Source of the DNA: a virus
Virus record (IMG/VR): IMGVR_UViG_3300027708_000021
Reading direction: 5' to 3' (one strand)
DNA: 64,000 bases
The first letter of the stretch is position 1. Each line of letters opens with the position of its first letter. Position numbers and translations under genes: made by a program. Under the pieces are notes generated by a model that was not told the DNA's origin, ran no database searches, and saw nothing but the letters and a program-made list of their open reading frames with translations. Positions 47,192-57,458 of this stretch are shown here, one piece after another.

Positions 47192-47692
47192 ATGCGAATA
47201 TTAACTTTAGACAACGAACCATACGACTTAGATCATCTTCCCGAAGAAATAGATGATATGCGATTTAGTATTTTAGATAACTCCAATCCACAAGATCCAG
47301 ATTATCACTACATTCCATTAATCTTTTTAGAAAGTTTTAATGCTCCTGCGTTAGTGTTAAAAATTGGTGAACATAAAGTTCGTATGCCTGTTGATTGGCA
47401 ACTATTAATCGGTGAACCAGACTTTGGTGACTTAGAAGTTATACCATTATCAGCACTTAATGATCGCGGGTTTAAAGCATTTCAGTTTAATCCAATCACA
47501 AGTTTTAGACCAAGTTTTCTTGATGTAGAAATTTTAGATGTGTATCAGGATGTAGCGTGGTATGCCCCTAAACTTAAAAACGGACAGATGTTATGTGTTC
47601 CTTTAAGTGACGGCAAAGAACCGGAATGTGTATATTTTGTCAAAGATATCAGTCGTACTTGCGAAGTAGTAGATTATAATAAGGCATTTTAA
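47192..47692 (+). CDS. Hypothetical protein (possible Hint-like beta fold)
   Basis: ORF in the replication operon; beta-strand pattern. Confidence 0.6.
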   Translation: MRILTLDNEPYDLDHLPEEIDDMRFSILDNSNPQDPDYHYIPLIFLESFNAPALVLKIGEHKVRMPVDWQLLIGEPDFGDLEVIPLSALNDRGFKAFQFNPITSFRPSFLDVEILDVYQDVAWYAPKLKNGQMLCVPLSDGKEPECVYFVKDISRTCEVVDYNKAF

Positions 47693-47695
47693 TTC

Positions 47696-48142
47696 ATGGA
47701 CAAATTAAGCATCAGCAACGAAATGACACAGTTTGATCGTAAGAATCGAGACTTTTACGACAGCTTGACTGACGAAGAGCGTAAAAAGTTTTCTACATTT
47801 CTAATGATTAGATATGGTAGTAGTGTAAGTGGTGGCAGAGATTTACAGGAATTTTATCTTATTTCTGCTAACGAAAGACTTAATAAGAATTTCTTCTCCT
47901 TACACAAGCATCCTAAACTACAATGGCTAATGGCAACAACTGTAAGTCCTGGTATGGGAACATTTAGGCATAATTGGATAGCAACAAAGAAAAAAGAACC
48001 CAGCTCAAGTAGTATTAAAAAACAAATAGCGGAATGGTACCCACAATTAAAAAACGATGAAGTAGAGCTAATGGCAAGAATTAATACTAAAAAAGAGATA
48101 GACGCACATATGAAACAATTAGGACAGGAGAGTAAAAAATGA
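47696..48142 (+). CDS. Probable clamp-loader small subunit (T4 gp62-like)
   Basis: FLMIRYGS...ANERLN...LQW...W...KK...IAEWY pattern resembles gp62. Confidence 0.5.
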   Translation: MDKLSISNEMTQFDRKNRDFYDSLTDEERKKFSTFLMIRYGSSVSGGRDLQEFYLISANERLNKNFFSLHKHPKLQWLMATTVSPGMGTFRHNWIATKKKEPSSSSIKKQIAEWYPQLKNDEVELMARINTKKEIDAHMKQLGQESKK

Positions 48143-48375
48143 TTTGGTTTTTTTCAAAACAATCTAACCCAGCAGAGCCAGATTTCAATCAAGTAGAATA
48201 TATTGATACAGACGGCACAGTATATAGATATAAGCCGGTAAAACATATTACAGCCAACGAAGTCGCTAGGCTTTTACCGTTGTTTTTAAATCCCAATACT
48301 ACAGCAGCAGATTCAATTGCTTACATTAAAAAAGAAAATTTAGAACGAAACTTTGTTATTAACCCAGAAGAATGA
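48139..48375 (+). CDS. Hypothetical protein
   Basis: GGAG RBS; ATGA overlaps at both ends. Confidence 0.6.
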   Translation: MIWFFSKQSNPAEPDFNQVEYIDTDGTVYRYKPVKHITANEVARLLPLFLNPNTTAADSIAYIKKENLERNFVINPEE

Positions 48376-49046
48376 GTTATACTTGCCAGTATTGTAAGAA
48401 GAATTTTATCAAAGAATCTTCTTTGACTGTGCATTCTTGCGAGCCCAGGAGGCGTAGACAAGAAAAAGATGAAGCTGGAGTTAGATTAGGATTTAATTCT
48501 TATATAAAATTTTACGAATTAACCCAAGGATCAGCTAAGTTAAAAACCTATGATGATTTTTGTGAAAGTCCTTACTACAAAGCCTTTGTAAAATTTGGCA
48601 GATATTGTGTAAACACAAAAGTTATTAATCCGGCTCGCTTTACAGAATGGGTACTAAAGCAAAATAAAAAATTAGACTACTGGTGTAGTGATAAACTCTA
48701 TGAAGAATATTTATTATTCTATCTTAAAGTAGAACGAATGGAAGATGCGTTGGCCCGTGGTATAGAACACGCACTAACATGGGCCGAAGAAAAGGAAGCG
48801 CCGTCGCAAGATTATCTGCGTTATGGTAATCACAATGTTATAACAAGTTCTATAGTCAACGGCCGTATTAGTCCGTGGATATTATATAATTGTGAATCGG
48901 GGCAGAGATTTTTATCTGAAATGAGTACAGAACATCAAGCAATGGTGTGGACATATATAGATCCTGATGTATGGACAAAAAAATTAAAAGACGATCCAGC
49001 TAATCGTATTGAAGCACAAGAATTATTACAAAAGGCAGGATGGTAA
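48372..49046 (+). CDS. N-terminal zinc-finger protein of the replication cluster
   Basis: YTCQYCKKNFIKESSLTVHSC. Confidence 0.65.
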   Translation: MSYTCQYCKKNFIKESSLTVHSCEPRRRRQEKDEAGVRLGFNSYIKFYELTQGSAKLKTYDDFCESPYYKAFVKFGRYCVNTKVINPARFTEWVLKQNKKLDYWCSDKLYEEYLLFYLKVERMEDALARGIEHALTWAEEKEAPSQDYLRYGNHNVITSSIVNGRISPWILYNCESGQRFLSEMSTEHQAMVWTYIDPDVWTKKLKDDPANRIEAQELLQKAGW

Positions 49047-49633
49047 TGTCAGCAGATATTGATATCGATTTGGCCGATAGAGAACAAGTATTAAAACTTA
49101 TTCAGGCTATACCCGCACGACAATTACATCAAGGGCAAGTTCGCAAGCATAATTCGGGTGTTTATGTTACTGACATTCCTTATGATCCAATTAACCAATG
49201 TGCGGCTATTACATACGAAGAAGCAGAACAACGCAATTATTTTAAAATTGATTTATTAAATATGTCAGTTTATCAACTAATTAAAAATCCAGAACACTAT
49301 GAAGAAATATTAAAGAAAGAGCCACCTTGGAAAAGACTGTGGACTGATATTGAGTGGACTAAACAACTAGCCCATATAGGTAACTATACTGATTTATTAA
49401 TAAAAATGAAGCCCGATTCAATTCCAAGGATGGCGGCCTTTATTGCTATTATTAGACCAGGCAAAGCGCATTTACAAAATTGTACTTGGGAAACTGTATT
49501 TGAATCTGTATGGGATGGCAACGACACTAAGGGGTTTATTTTTAAACATTCGCATTCAATAAGTTATGCGGCTTTAGTAGCCTTGCATATGAATTTATTG
49601 GACGAAATCAGTCCATTCGCCGAACTAAAGTAA
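49046..49633 (+). CDS. Miniature DNA polymerase III alpha (DnaE)-like catalytic core
   Basis: ADIDID, KHNSGVYV, FKIDLLN, AIIRPG, FKHSHSISYA; TAATG coupling to the upstream gene. Confidence 0.75.
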   Translation: MSADIDIDLADREQVLKLIQAIPARQLHQGQVRKHNSGVYVTDIPYDPINQCAAITYEEAEQRNYFKIDLLNMSVYQLIKNPEHYEEILKKEPPWKRLWTDIEWTKQLAHIGNYTDLLIKMKPDSIPRMAAFIAIIRPGKAHLQNCTWETVFESVWDGNDTKGFIFKHSHSISYAALVALHMNLLDEISPFAELK

Positions 49634-49985
49634 TACTCTTACGCTTGGATTTTTTTCGGGCCATTTCTGCTAAACTACAAACTGGGCCGTGTAAAACTTC
49701 GAGGTCTTTGTTAATAAAAGTACGCAAATAAATTCTAAATGGGTCCCAATCTTGTTTTAAAAAGATATTAATAGGGATGGATCTGTTACTTTCCCACCAC
49801 CAAGTATTGGCTAATTCTAAGAATAGTTTTTTTGCTTCTAAATCAGTTATACTTCCGAAGTCATAGATAGTAGTAATGACATCATCGCGATTTTGTATAA
49901 TCCCTACATATTCTTGGGAGGCATAGACACACAGCGTTATAAACGGGTATTTGTCGGTTAATTTTGTGAAGATTTCTGCGTTCAT
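49608..49985 (-). CDS. Hypothetical late protein
   Basis: ORF with WWWESNR; minus-strand TAAATA at 50009-50014. Confidence 0.65.
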   Translation of the reverse strand: MNAEIFTKLTDKYPFITLCVYASQEYVGIIQNRDDVITTIYDFGSITDLEAKKLFLELANTWWWESNRSIPINIFLKQDWDPFRIYLRTFINKDLEVLHGPVCSLAEMARKKSKRKSITLVRRMD

Positions 49986-50055
49986 CTATTAATAGTTATC
50001 ATTTGGAATATTTATGGTTTAAAAATATCTCGTTAAATATCGGTAAATATTGTGT

Positions 50056-51204
50056 ATGTATTCAACCACCGCTTACCTTTATCAGCAACGAACACAGGTA
50101 CTCTTGATAGATTCAAGCGGGCAATTCTTCACAGCAAGGTACGACCCAGTGTACGCTAAACGACTAACCCTAAATTTAGGAGTAGATAATGTCCTCCTGT
50201 TTTCCTTTGTCAATCAGGACGAAAAGCCCGTTAATGTAAACGGTAGCACCTTTACATTCCGGATCACAAACACAGCAGGAACCGTGCTATTATTACAAGC
50301 ACCTATGACGATTCTTAACGCAGCAACCGGCCAAGTTAAAGTTTCCATTCCTGCGGAAGATACCTTAGAATTAATTGCTCAGCCGGCAAGTTATTCTATC
50401 AGCGTACAAAGTGGTATATTAAATCAAGCAGTATTTACTAATGCCCAGGCTGGTGCCCGTGCCCCGATTGATTTGGTAAATTCAGTATTTCCACGATTTG
50501 TACCAAGTGTTCCACTTACAATTCCTACTACCAGCCTAAGCTCACAGACAAGTTTTGACGGAGCAGGATACGAACAATATCCGGGGTGGGCTGGTAACTG
50601 GTATTACGGGGGTAATGGTAGTTGGTATAATAACAACTATCAAAATACAGAATTCTATTCAAGTTTTATTGAGCCAAAAAATTATATCACAACAATTCAA
50701 ATGGATTTGATTGGATACACTGGAACAATTAAGGCTCAGTTCGCTCAAAACTACGAAAGTATTTGGTACAACATTACAGAATCAACAACCTACTACAACG
50801 AAACAAGAACAATTTATATGAATGTAGCTGGTTGGTACCCATTGTTAAGACTATGTTTTAACAACAGTCTTTTCTCCACTCCAAATCCCCCAGGTGTGCC
50901 TGCGTCTGCTTATGCGGTATGTAACGAAGGAGTGCTTACTGATGTCGTTATACAAAATGGCGGATACGGTTATTTGGCTCCGCCACAAGTTGATATTGTA
51001 GGCAACGGTGCTGGCGCCAGAGTTACTTCTGTAATCGATGTTAACGGAACTGTCACTGGTTTTAATATTATTAATGGCGGATCTGGATATTGGCCAATAC
51101 CTTCGGGCGGTGTTAATCCAGCAGCTTATCCGGTCCCGCCAGCCCAGCAAGGCGCTTTCCCGATCATTTCAACTGGCTATATTACCAATATACTCTACCG
51201 TTAA
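50056..51204 (+). CDS. Virion/baseplate structural protein (BppU-like N-terminal Ig fold)
   Basis: VNQDEKPVNV..TFTFRI...TGQVKV; NGGYGY/GGSGY motifs; TAAATA at 50044-50049. Confidence 0.55.
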   Translation: MYSTTAYLYQQRTQVLLIDSSGQFFTARYDPVYAKRLTLNLGVDNVLLFSFVNQDEKPVNVNGSTFTFRITNTAGTVLLLQAPMTILNAATGQVKVSIPAEDTLELIAQPASYSISVQSGILNQAVFTNAQAGARAPIDLVNSVFPRFVPSVPLTIPTTSLSSQTSFDGAGYEQYPGWAGNWYYGGNGSWYNNNYQNTEFYSSFIEPKNYITTIQMDLIGYTGTIKAQFAQNYESIWYNITESTTYYNETRTIYMNVAGWYPLLRLCFNNSLFSTPNPPGVPASAYAVCNEGVLTDVVIQNGGYGYLAPPQVDIVGNGAGARVTSVIDVNGTVTGFNIINGGSGYWPIPSGGVNPAAYPVPPAQQGAFPIISTGYITNILYR

Positions 51205-51207
51205 TTG

Positions 51208-51236
51208 TTGATTTTAGTGTTTTAATCTGCTATAAT
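51208..51236 (+). promoter_or_regulatory. sigma70-type promoter for primase-helicase
   Basis: TTGATT-17-TATAAT with TGn; ATG 6 nt downstream. Confidence 0.7.
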
Positions 51237-51242
51237 TGTAGC

Positions 51243-52223
51243 ATGATTGATGTGATTTCTTTTCTTCCTAGTAAACGAAAACATACTAGCTCGGGCTGGA
51301 TATCATTTAACGCACCTTGTTGTATTCATAGAGGCAATACTCAAGACAAACGACAGCGCGGCGGACTCAAACCTAACGCTGAAAACGGTTGGAGTTATCA
51401 TTGTTTTAATTGTGGTTATACTGCTAGTTTTATTTTAGGTCGTAGCTTATCATTCAAAGCTCGAACACTATTAAAGTGGTTGGGTGTAGATCAGCAGAGT
51501 ATTGAACAAATTAATATCGAAAGTCTACGACATCGAACTATGAATGGTTTGATAGAAAATCAAAAAACTAAGATTAAAGCAGTCGAATTTGAAGAGCGAG
51601 ATTTGCCAGCTGATTTGGAACTTATAAACCTTGACAATCCTGACCATTTCCCGTATATTGAATACTTAGAAGGTAGATGTATTGATTGTGTGAGCTATCC
51701 ATATATGGTAAGTCCGCAAGCTGAGGGAAGATCAAGCAAACGCATTGTAATACCATTTACACACAAAGGTGTAATAGTAGGAAATACTTCTAGATTTATC
51801 GATGGCAGACAACCTAAATTTATATCAGACACACAACAAGGTTATGTATTTGGAGTCGATTTACAGAAAGATAGTTGGGAACATCTAATCGTAGTAGAAG
51901 GAGTATTTGACGCACTTGCTATTAATGGCCTGGCGGTATTACATAATGATATTAACGATACACAAGTCCAGGTAATTAAAAGTTTAGGAAAGAATATAAC
52001 AGTGGTGCCAGACCAGGACCAAGCTGGAATAGCATTAGTAAATAAGGCAATAGAATTAGGATGGGGTGTTAGTATCCCCGAATGGCCTGGCGGTGTCAAA
52101 GACGTAAATGATGCTGTAATTCGTATGGGCAAGGTTGCAACTTTACTAACTATATTAAATGCCAGAGAAACTAACAAATACAAAATTGAAATAAAAAGGA
52201 AGCAACTTGTTAAAAGACTATAG
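51243..52223 (+). CDS. gp61: DNA primase (T4 gp61-like)
   Basis: Zn motif PCC...YHCFNCG; TOPRIM VEGVFDA, PDQDQAG, KDVND. Confidence 0.88.
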   Translation: MIDVISFLPSKRKHTSSGWISFNAPCCIHRGNTQDKRQRGGLKPNAENGWSYHCFNCGYTASFILGRSLSFKARTLLKWLGVDQQSIEQINIESLRHRTMNGLIENQKTKIKAVEFEERDLPADLELINLDNPDHFPYIEYLEGRCIDCVSYPYMVSPQAEGRSSKRIVIPFTHKGVIVGNTSRFIDGRQPKFISDTQQGYVFGVDLQKDSWEHLIVVEGVFDALAINGLAVLHNDINDTQVQVIKSLGKNITVVPDQDQAGIALVNKAIELGWGVSIPEWPGGVKDVNDAVIRMGKVATLLTILNARETNKYKIEIKRKQLVKRL

Positions 52224-53610
52224 TATTGAAGTACAAAAATTATTTTTAGAAATGATGCTCAGCGATGCTGAATCATTTGTTCGTGTTCAAAATATCTACA
52301 ACCCAGAAAACTTTGATCGTAGTTTACGAACGACCGCAGATTTTATTAAAACTCACTACGAAGAACACGGTTCACTTCCTGTATTAGCGCAGATTAATGC
52401 GGCGACAGGATCTAAATTAGAAGCCCTACCAGATTTGCCAGATGGTAATTTAGATTGGTTCATGGAAGAGTTTGAAGGTTTTACTAAAAAAGAAGAACTA
52501 AGTAGAGCAATTCTCAAGTCATATGATATGCTAGACAAGGGAGAGTTTGCGCCAGTAGAAAAATTAATCAAAGATGCGGTACAGATTAGTTTGTTAAAAG
52601 ACATGGGCACAGATTATTTTGCCGATCCCAGGGGTCGAAATGACAAGTATTTTAATAGTGGTGGGCAAGTAAGTACAGGCTGGCCAAGTTTAGATAGAAT
52701 ATTATATGGTGGATTCAGTCGCGGAGAACTTAATATTTTTGCTGGGGGCTCGGGCTCGGGAAAATCTTTAGTTATGATGAATATTGCTATTAGCTGGTTG
52801 GAACAAGGACTAAGCGGAGCATATATAAGTTTAGAACTTAGTGAAGAACTAGTTGGATTGCGTACTGATGCTATGCTGTCCAGTATGTCAACTAAAGACA
52901 TTCGTAAAGATTTAGAAACAGCTGAATTAAAAATTAAAATGTTTGGCAAAAAAGCTGGACAATATCGAGTAAAATCATTGCCAGCACAAAGTAACATTAA
53001 TGATGTGCGTTCATATTTAAAAGAAGTACAAGTACAAACAGGAATTAAAGTTGATTTTATTATGGTTGATTATTTAGATTTATTAATGCCAGCTAGCGTT
53101 AAAGTTAACCCAAATGATCAGTTTATTAAAGACAAGTATGTGGCGGAAGAATTGCGTAACTTAGCGCAAGAATTGGGGATATTATTGGTTACCGCATCGC
53201 AGTTAAATCGCGGAGCAGTTGAAGAGATTGAATTCGATCATAGTCATATTGCTGGTGGTATTTCTAAGATTAATACCGCAGATAATGTATTTGGTATCTT
53301 TACAAGTCGTGCTATGAAAGAGCGTGGACGCTATCAATTACAATGTATGAAAACTCGTACAAGTAACGGGACAGGGCAAAAGGTAGAATTAGACTATAAT
53401 GTTGAAACCATGCGTATTACTGATTTACCTGAAGATGCTGCTCCTGTAAATTCATTCAAAAAATCTAACATTTACGACAGTATAAAAACACAAAGTAAGG
53501 TTAGTAGTGGTGAAACTATTGACGCTGGTACGGGTGAAATTGGAAAAATTACGGCAGAAGTACAAAGTAGCAAATTAAAGGCATTATTGGGGCAAATTAA
53601 ACAGAATTAA
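52207..53610 (+). CDS. gp41: Replicative DnaB-like helicase (T4 gp41-like)
   Basis: GGSGSGKS, ISLELSE, VDYLDL, TASQLNR, MKTR. Confidence 0.9.
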   Translation: MLKDYSIEVQKLFLEMMLSDAESFVRVQNIYNPENFDRSLRTTADFIKTHYEEHGSLPVLAQINAATGSKLEALPDLPDGNLDWFMEEFEGFTKKEELSRAILKSYDMLDKGEFAPVEKLIKDAVQISLLKDMGTDYFADPRGRNDKYFNSGGQVSTGWPSLDRILYGGFSRGELNIFAGGSGSGKSLVMMNIAISWLEQGLSGAYISLELSEELVGLRTDAMLSSMSTKDIRKDLETAELKIKMFGKKAGQYRVKSLPAQSNINDVRSYLKEVQVQTGIKVDFIMVDYLDLLMPASVKVNPNDQFIKDKYVAEELRNLAQELGILLVTASQLNRGAVEEIEFDHSHIAGGISKINTADNVFGIFTSRAMKERGRYQLQCMKTRTSNGTGQKVELDYNVETMRITDLPEDAAPVNSFKKSNIYDSIKTQSKVSSGETIDAGTGEIGKITAEVQSSKLKALLGQIKQN

Positions 53611-53662
53611 AAGCCAGACTATAATTTAAATTGTAATAAATAATAAAAAGGTTCTGGCAATT

Positions 53663-53911
53663 ATGCAAAAGAAAACCCGCAGTTTATTAGAAGAATTAGA
53701 TAGTATGTATATCGAGCGTGATCAGCGTCATGTTATCGAAAATCGTGCCTCTAATATCATTTCTTCAGCTATTCGTTTATTGGAACAAATTGACGAAAAC
53801 TATCCACCAGAGCAAGCAGAGAACCTTACCCGTAAATTAATTAATGCGATTAAACTCCGTAATCCAGAAAAATTTACTCGCACAGTAAGGAAGACCGATG
53901 CAAATTCATGA
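53663..53911 (+). CDS. Hypothetical late protein
   Basis: TAAATA at 53637-53642; ORF. Confidence 0.65.
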   Translation: MQKKTRSLLEELDSMYIERDQRHVIENRASNIISSAIRLLEQIDENYPPEQAENLTRKLINAIKLRNPEKFTRTVRKTDANS

Positions 53912-54995
53912 AATAACTAAGCGCCAGCGTATAGACGAAGGTTTATTGGGTGATGTAAAAAATGCTATTACTAGAAAAGCTACGGCTGTTTATAAAGATA
54001 AAACACAAGCTATTAAAGACAAAGTAGCGGCTGTAAAAAACATTCCAACCCAAGCTAAACAAGACTATCTTGGCGGTGTAAAAGCTGCTAAAAGATCAGG
54101 CGAAGATAATAATCTAATGGCAAGAATGGCTGGTGTTGGTAACATTTTTACCAAAGCAGGCGACCGCTGGCAGGAAAAACAATGGGATAAAACACAGGAT
54201 ACAAGAAATAGTCAAGCCGCTGATGCGGCTAAAATCTTGGCTAGAAAAGGTTTTAAAGTTGATACTACAACTCCGGCCGCCAGAGCACAAACTCCTACTA
54301 GAGTTAAACAACAAAAACTTGCTCAACTACAACAGGCATTTGATCAAGAATTTGAACTTATGCCAAATGCGGCTCAAATGCATGCTCAGCAACAAGCAGC
54401 AAAAGCAGAAAAAGCAGCAAAAGCCTATGCTCCAAAAACACAACAAAATATAGCGGCACAAAATAAACAAATGAGTCCACAGTCAGGAATTAAAGAAGCA
54501 CAAGTTGATCCAAATAAACTGGCCACTATGAAAGCAAGGGCGAAAGCTCCTGGTGTTACCCAACCAAACAATGACACAACAAAAAAAGATATCGCTACTG
54601 AATTTCCAGGCTGGATAAGGCAAAAAATACCAGGATTGGATAAAGCCCCGCCTGAAGTTACAACAAAATTAAACGGCATTTTTTCACAAATGAAAATACA
54701 AGCAGGAAAAAATCCTAAAGCAGTTGATCAAGCATTTCAACAATATGCTGATTTAGCATTATCTTCTGTAGCGCCGGCTCAAGATCAGCAAAGACAGCAA
54801 GGGCAACAAGCTCAAGGTGGAGCAGATCCTAGCGCAGGATATGCCCGCAATGGTATTGCCAACTCCATAGGATTAGACTCATCGGCTGTTGCTGCTCTCC
54901 AACAGCGTATTATACAAAATAAAGAACCACTTAGATCCACAGATACTGGTTCTCCTACTGTAAATAAATTAATACAGGCGCTGTTAAAGAAATGA
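53898..54995 (+). CDS. Putative internal head/ejection protein (Q/A/K-rich)
   Basis: MQIHEI...IDE|G leader; internal IKE|A. Confidence 0.5.
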   Translation: MQIHEITKRQRIDEGLLGDVKNAITRKATAVYKDKTQAIKDKVAAVKNIPTQAKQDYLGGVKAAKRSGEDNNLMARMAGVGNIFTKAGDRWQEKQWDKTQDTRNSQAADAAKILARKGFKVDTTTPAARAQTPTRVKQQKLAQLQQAFDQEFELMPNAAQMHAQQQAAKAEKAAKAYAPKTQQNIAAQNKQMSPQSGIKEAQVDPNKLATMKARAKAPGVTQPNNDTTKKDIATEFPGWIRQKIPGLDKAPPEVTTKLNGIFSQMKIQAGKNPKAVDQAFQQYADLALSSVAPAQDQQRQQGQQAQGGADPSAGYARNGIANSIGLDSSAVAALQQRIIQNKEPLRSTDTGSPTVNKLIQALLKK

Positions 54996-56941
54996 GCTTA
55001 CTTAAAGAAGGCGGCAATGTTTTCAAGAACGATGATAAACAAGCTCTGACCCAAAGAATCAATCAAACTGATGTAGCTATTACAGTTGATTGGTTAGAAC
55101 AATTAACTGACCTCGATTTGCGCGGCGAGATAGATCCTGATACTGGCTATCCAGAACGCTGGTTAGGGAGCTCAGGTAAGAAATCTACATCGGGAGATCT
55201 TGATTTAGCTGTCAATGCTAACGAAATCACCCAGCAACAATTAGTAGCAGAGCTGACCCAATGGTGTAATAGTCATAAATTAGATCCAAAAGAATATGTT
55301 AAGAACGCAGGCGGCCAAGTACACTTTAAAACGCCAATAGGCGGTAATCCAGACAAAGGCTATGTACAGACAGATTTTATGTTTATGAAAGATATGGGCG
55401 TAGGTCAGTTCTTTTTACAAGCATCACCTAATTCAAAATTTTCAGGTCAAGATAGAGCAGTGGTAGTAAATTCACTAGCTAAAGCATTTGGTTATAAATT
55501 AGACATGCGTCGTGGTATTATCGATCGTGCTAATGAAGAAGTAGTTGAAACGGATCCTGACAAGATCGCTAAATTATTACTCAGTCCCGGAGCGACAAAG
55601 AAAGATCTTACCTCCGTGGAAAACATTGTCCAGGCATTAGAAAAAGACCCTAAAAAAGATGAAAAATTAGCAGATGCTAGAACACATTTCCAAAAAGTTG
55701 GCGTCCCATTTTTTGAAAATACAAGCACAGAACTTTATACAGAAGTACATTTTTTAGCTCGCTTGCGTGATCGTATTGTTAATCAAGGCATGGAAAAATT
55801 AATCGAAAATACAGAAGTACAAGGTGGCAAAGCCAAAGGCATCGAACACATCGAAGATTTAGTATTTAGAAAAGGAACCGCAGGTATTAAGGAAGCACTT
55901 GCGGTCATTGAACATCTTAAAGATAACACAAAATCATCTGTTACAGTTAAGTGGGATGGCAAACCTGCGGTAGTGTTTGGGCGCGAACCTAATGGAACTT
56001 TTGTGCTAACCGATGTAGCCGGGTTTGGTGCTGTAGGCTATAATGGTATGTTTACTAGTCCAAAACAAATCACACAACATTTAGCTAATCGCGATAACGA
56101 AGCAAAAGCCCAAGGCAAGTCAGCTAATCGGGTGGCTCAGCTAGCCCCCATATATCAAACATTATGGCCCATGCTTGAAGCCGCAACTCCGAAAGATTTT
56201 AAAGGTTATATCCAGGGCGATTTGTTGTATATTGCAACTCCTCCAGAAGTATCAGGCGCTTTTGTATTCAAACCTAATACAGTGGAGTATAATATTCCAG
56301 CTAGTTCTAAATTAGGCGAAGAAATTGCCGAAAGCCATGTGGGGATCGCTATACACACTTATTATAAAGAACAAGGCGCTGGTAAAGAACCATTAAGCAA
56401 GGTTGATCTAAATACAGTTCCAGGTTTGTTATTAATTGAACCTATAGCCCCGCAAGAAAATGTTAAGCCTACAGATAGTAGTTTAGTTAAGCAATTGAAG
56501 AGTTTGGTAAGCAGTAGCGGAACAGCTATTAATACTCTGTTTAGCCCTGCTGAATTACGCCAATTACAAATTAGTGATTTACCAAGACTATGCGTTGACT
56601 ATATTAATAGTTTAGTCAAAGATGATTCTGTAGCAGACTTTGATCCCAATACATTGTTACCAGGATTTGGCAAATGGTTACAGTCTAAAGTGACTCCCCG
56701 CAAATACAACAACATTGTGGAATACTTACAAAGTCCTCGTAGTAACATGGACGGTATGAGTGCGGCGTTTACAGCCTTTGTATTGCTACACAATATCAAG
56801 ATGGATATGCTACAGCAGCTAGACCGTCAACACCCTGGGCAAGAAGGCTGGGTAATCGCTCACCCAGGTGGAATTACTAAATTTGTTAATAGATTTGGCT
56901 TTTCCCGGGCAAATGCGGCCCAGAATGCCCCACAATCCTAA
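54992..56941 (+). CDS. Pol-beta-type nucleotidyltransferase fused to an ATP-dependent ligase-like domain
   Basis: LGSSGKKSTSGDLDL (55163-55207); KWDG (55949-55960), IQGDLL, EGWVI, TKFV. Confidence 0.65.
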   Translation: MSLLKEGGNVFKNDDKQALTQRINQTDVAITVDWLEQLTDLDLRGEIDPDTGYPERWLGSSGKKSTSGDLDLAVNANEITQQQLVAELTQWCNSHKLDPKEYVKNAGGQVHFKTPIGGNPDKGYVQTDFMFMKDMGVGQFFLQASPNSKFSGQDRAVVVNSLAKAFGYKLDMRRGIIDRANEEVVETDPDKIAKLLLSPGATKKDLTSVENIVQALEKDPKKDEKLADARTHFQKVGVPFFENTSTELYTEVHFLARLRDRIVNQGMEKLIENTEVQGGKAKGIEHIEDLVFRKGTAGIKEALAVIEHLKDNTKSSVTVKWDGKPAVVFGREPNGTFVLTDVAGFGAVGYNGMFTSPKQITQHLANRDNEAKAQGKSANRVAQLAPIYQTLWPMLEAATPKDFKGYIQGDLLYIATPPEVSGAFVFKPNTVEYNIPASSKLGEEIAESHVGIAIHTYYKEQGAGKEPLSKVDLNTVPGLLLIEPIAPQENVKPTDSSLVKQLKSLVSSSGTAINTLFSPAELRQLQISDLPRLCVDYINSLVKDDSVADFDPNTLLPGFGKWLQSKVTPRKYNNIVEYLQSPRSNMDGMSAAFTAFVLLHNIKMDMLQQLDRQHPGQEGWVIAHPGGITKFVNRFGFSRANAAQNAPQS

Positions 56942-57017
56942 TCCAACTCCTTAATTTTTTACCAAAAGACTAAATACACGTAGGACCTTTGAGTCCACAT
57001 ATAAAAGGAGAATTAAA

Positions 57018-57458
57018 ATGGCATCAATTCCATTAGTATCAGGTGGTTCACAACCAGTATTCGCTATTGACACAAACAATGGCCCACAATTAGCAGCAAA
57101 CGTAACCTACACACCAGTAGGCACACCAACAAACTTCATGGGCCCAGCTCTTGACTTTTTTGGTATTGACTTAGGTGCTGATCCTTCAGCGCAAGCAGGT
57201 GTTAACGGCGCAATCCAGTATGTTTTGCAAAATATTCAGCAAACAAGTACTGTAGCAATTTATCAAGTTGCCGCAACTGCTAACGTTACAAACATGAGTA
57301 TTGCTCTGTATCCAGTTGGTGCTTACACCGCGGCTACACTCCAAGCATCTATCCGCACATTGGGTGCTAACGTTGGTGGCACAGGTTACGACGCTACTGG
57401 CGCAACTGTAACAAATGTTGGTTTCCGTTTGGCTTCTACAGCTACAACAGCAAGCTAA
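57018..57458 (+). CDS. Small virion structural protein (possible capsid decoration)
   Basis: TAAATA at 56971-56976, AAGGAG RBS, own terminator, A/T/G-rich. Confidence 0.55.
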   Translation: MASIPLVSGGSQPVFAIDTNNGPQLAANVTYTPVGTPTNFMGPALDFFGIDLGADPSAQAGVNGAIQYVLQNIQQTSTVAIYQVAATANVTNMSIALYPVGAYTAATLQASIRTLGANVGGTGYDATGATVTNVGFRLASTATTAS

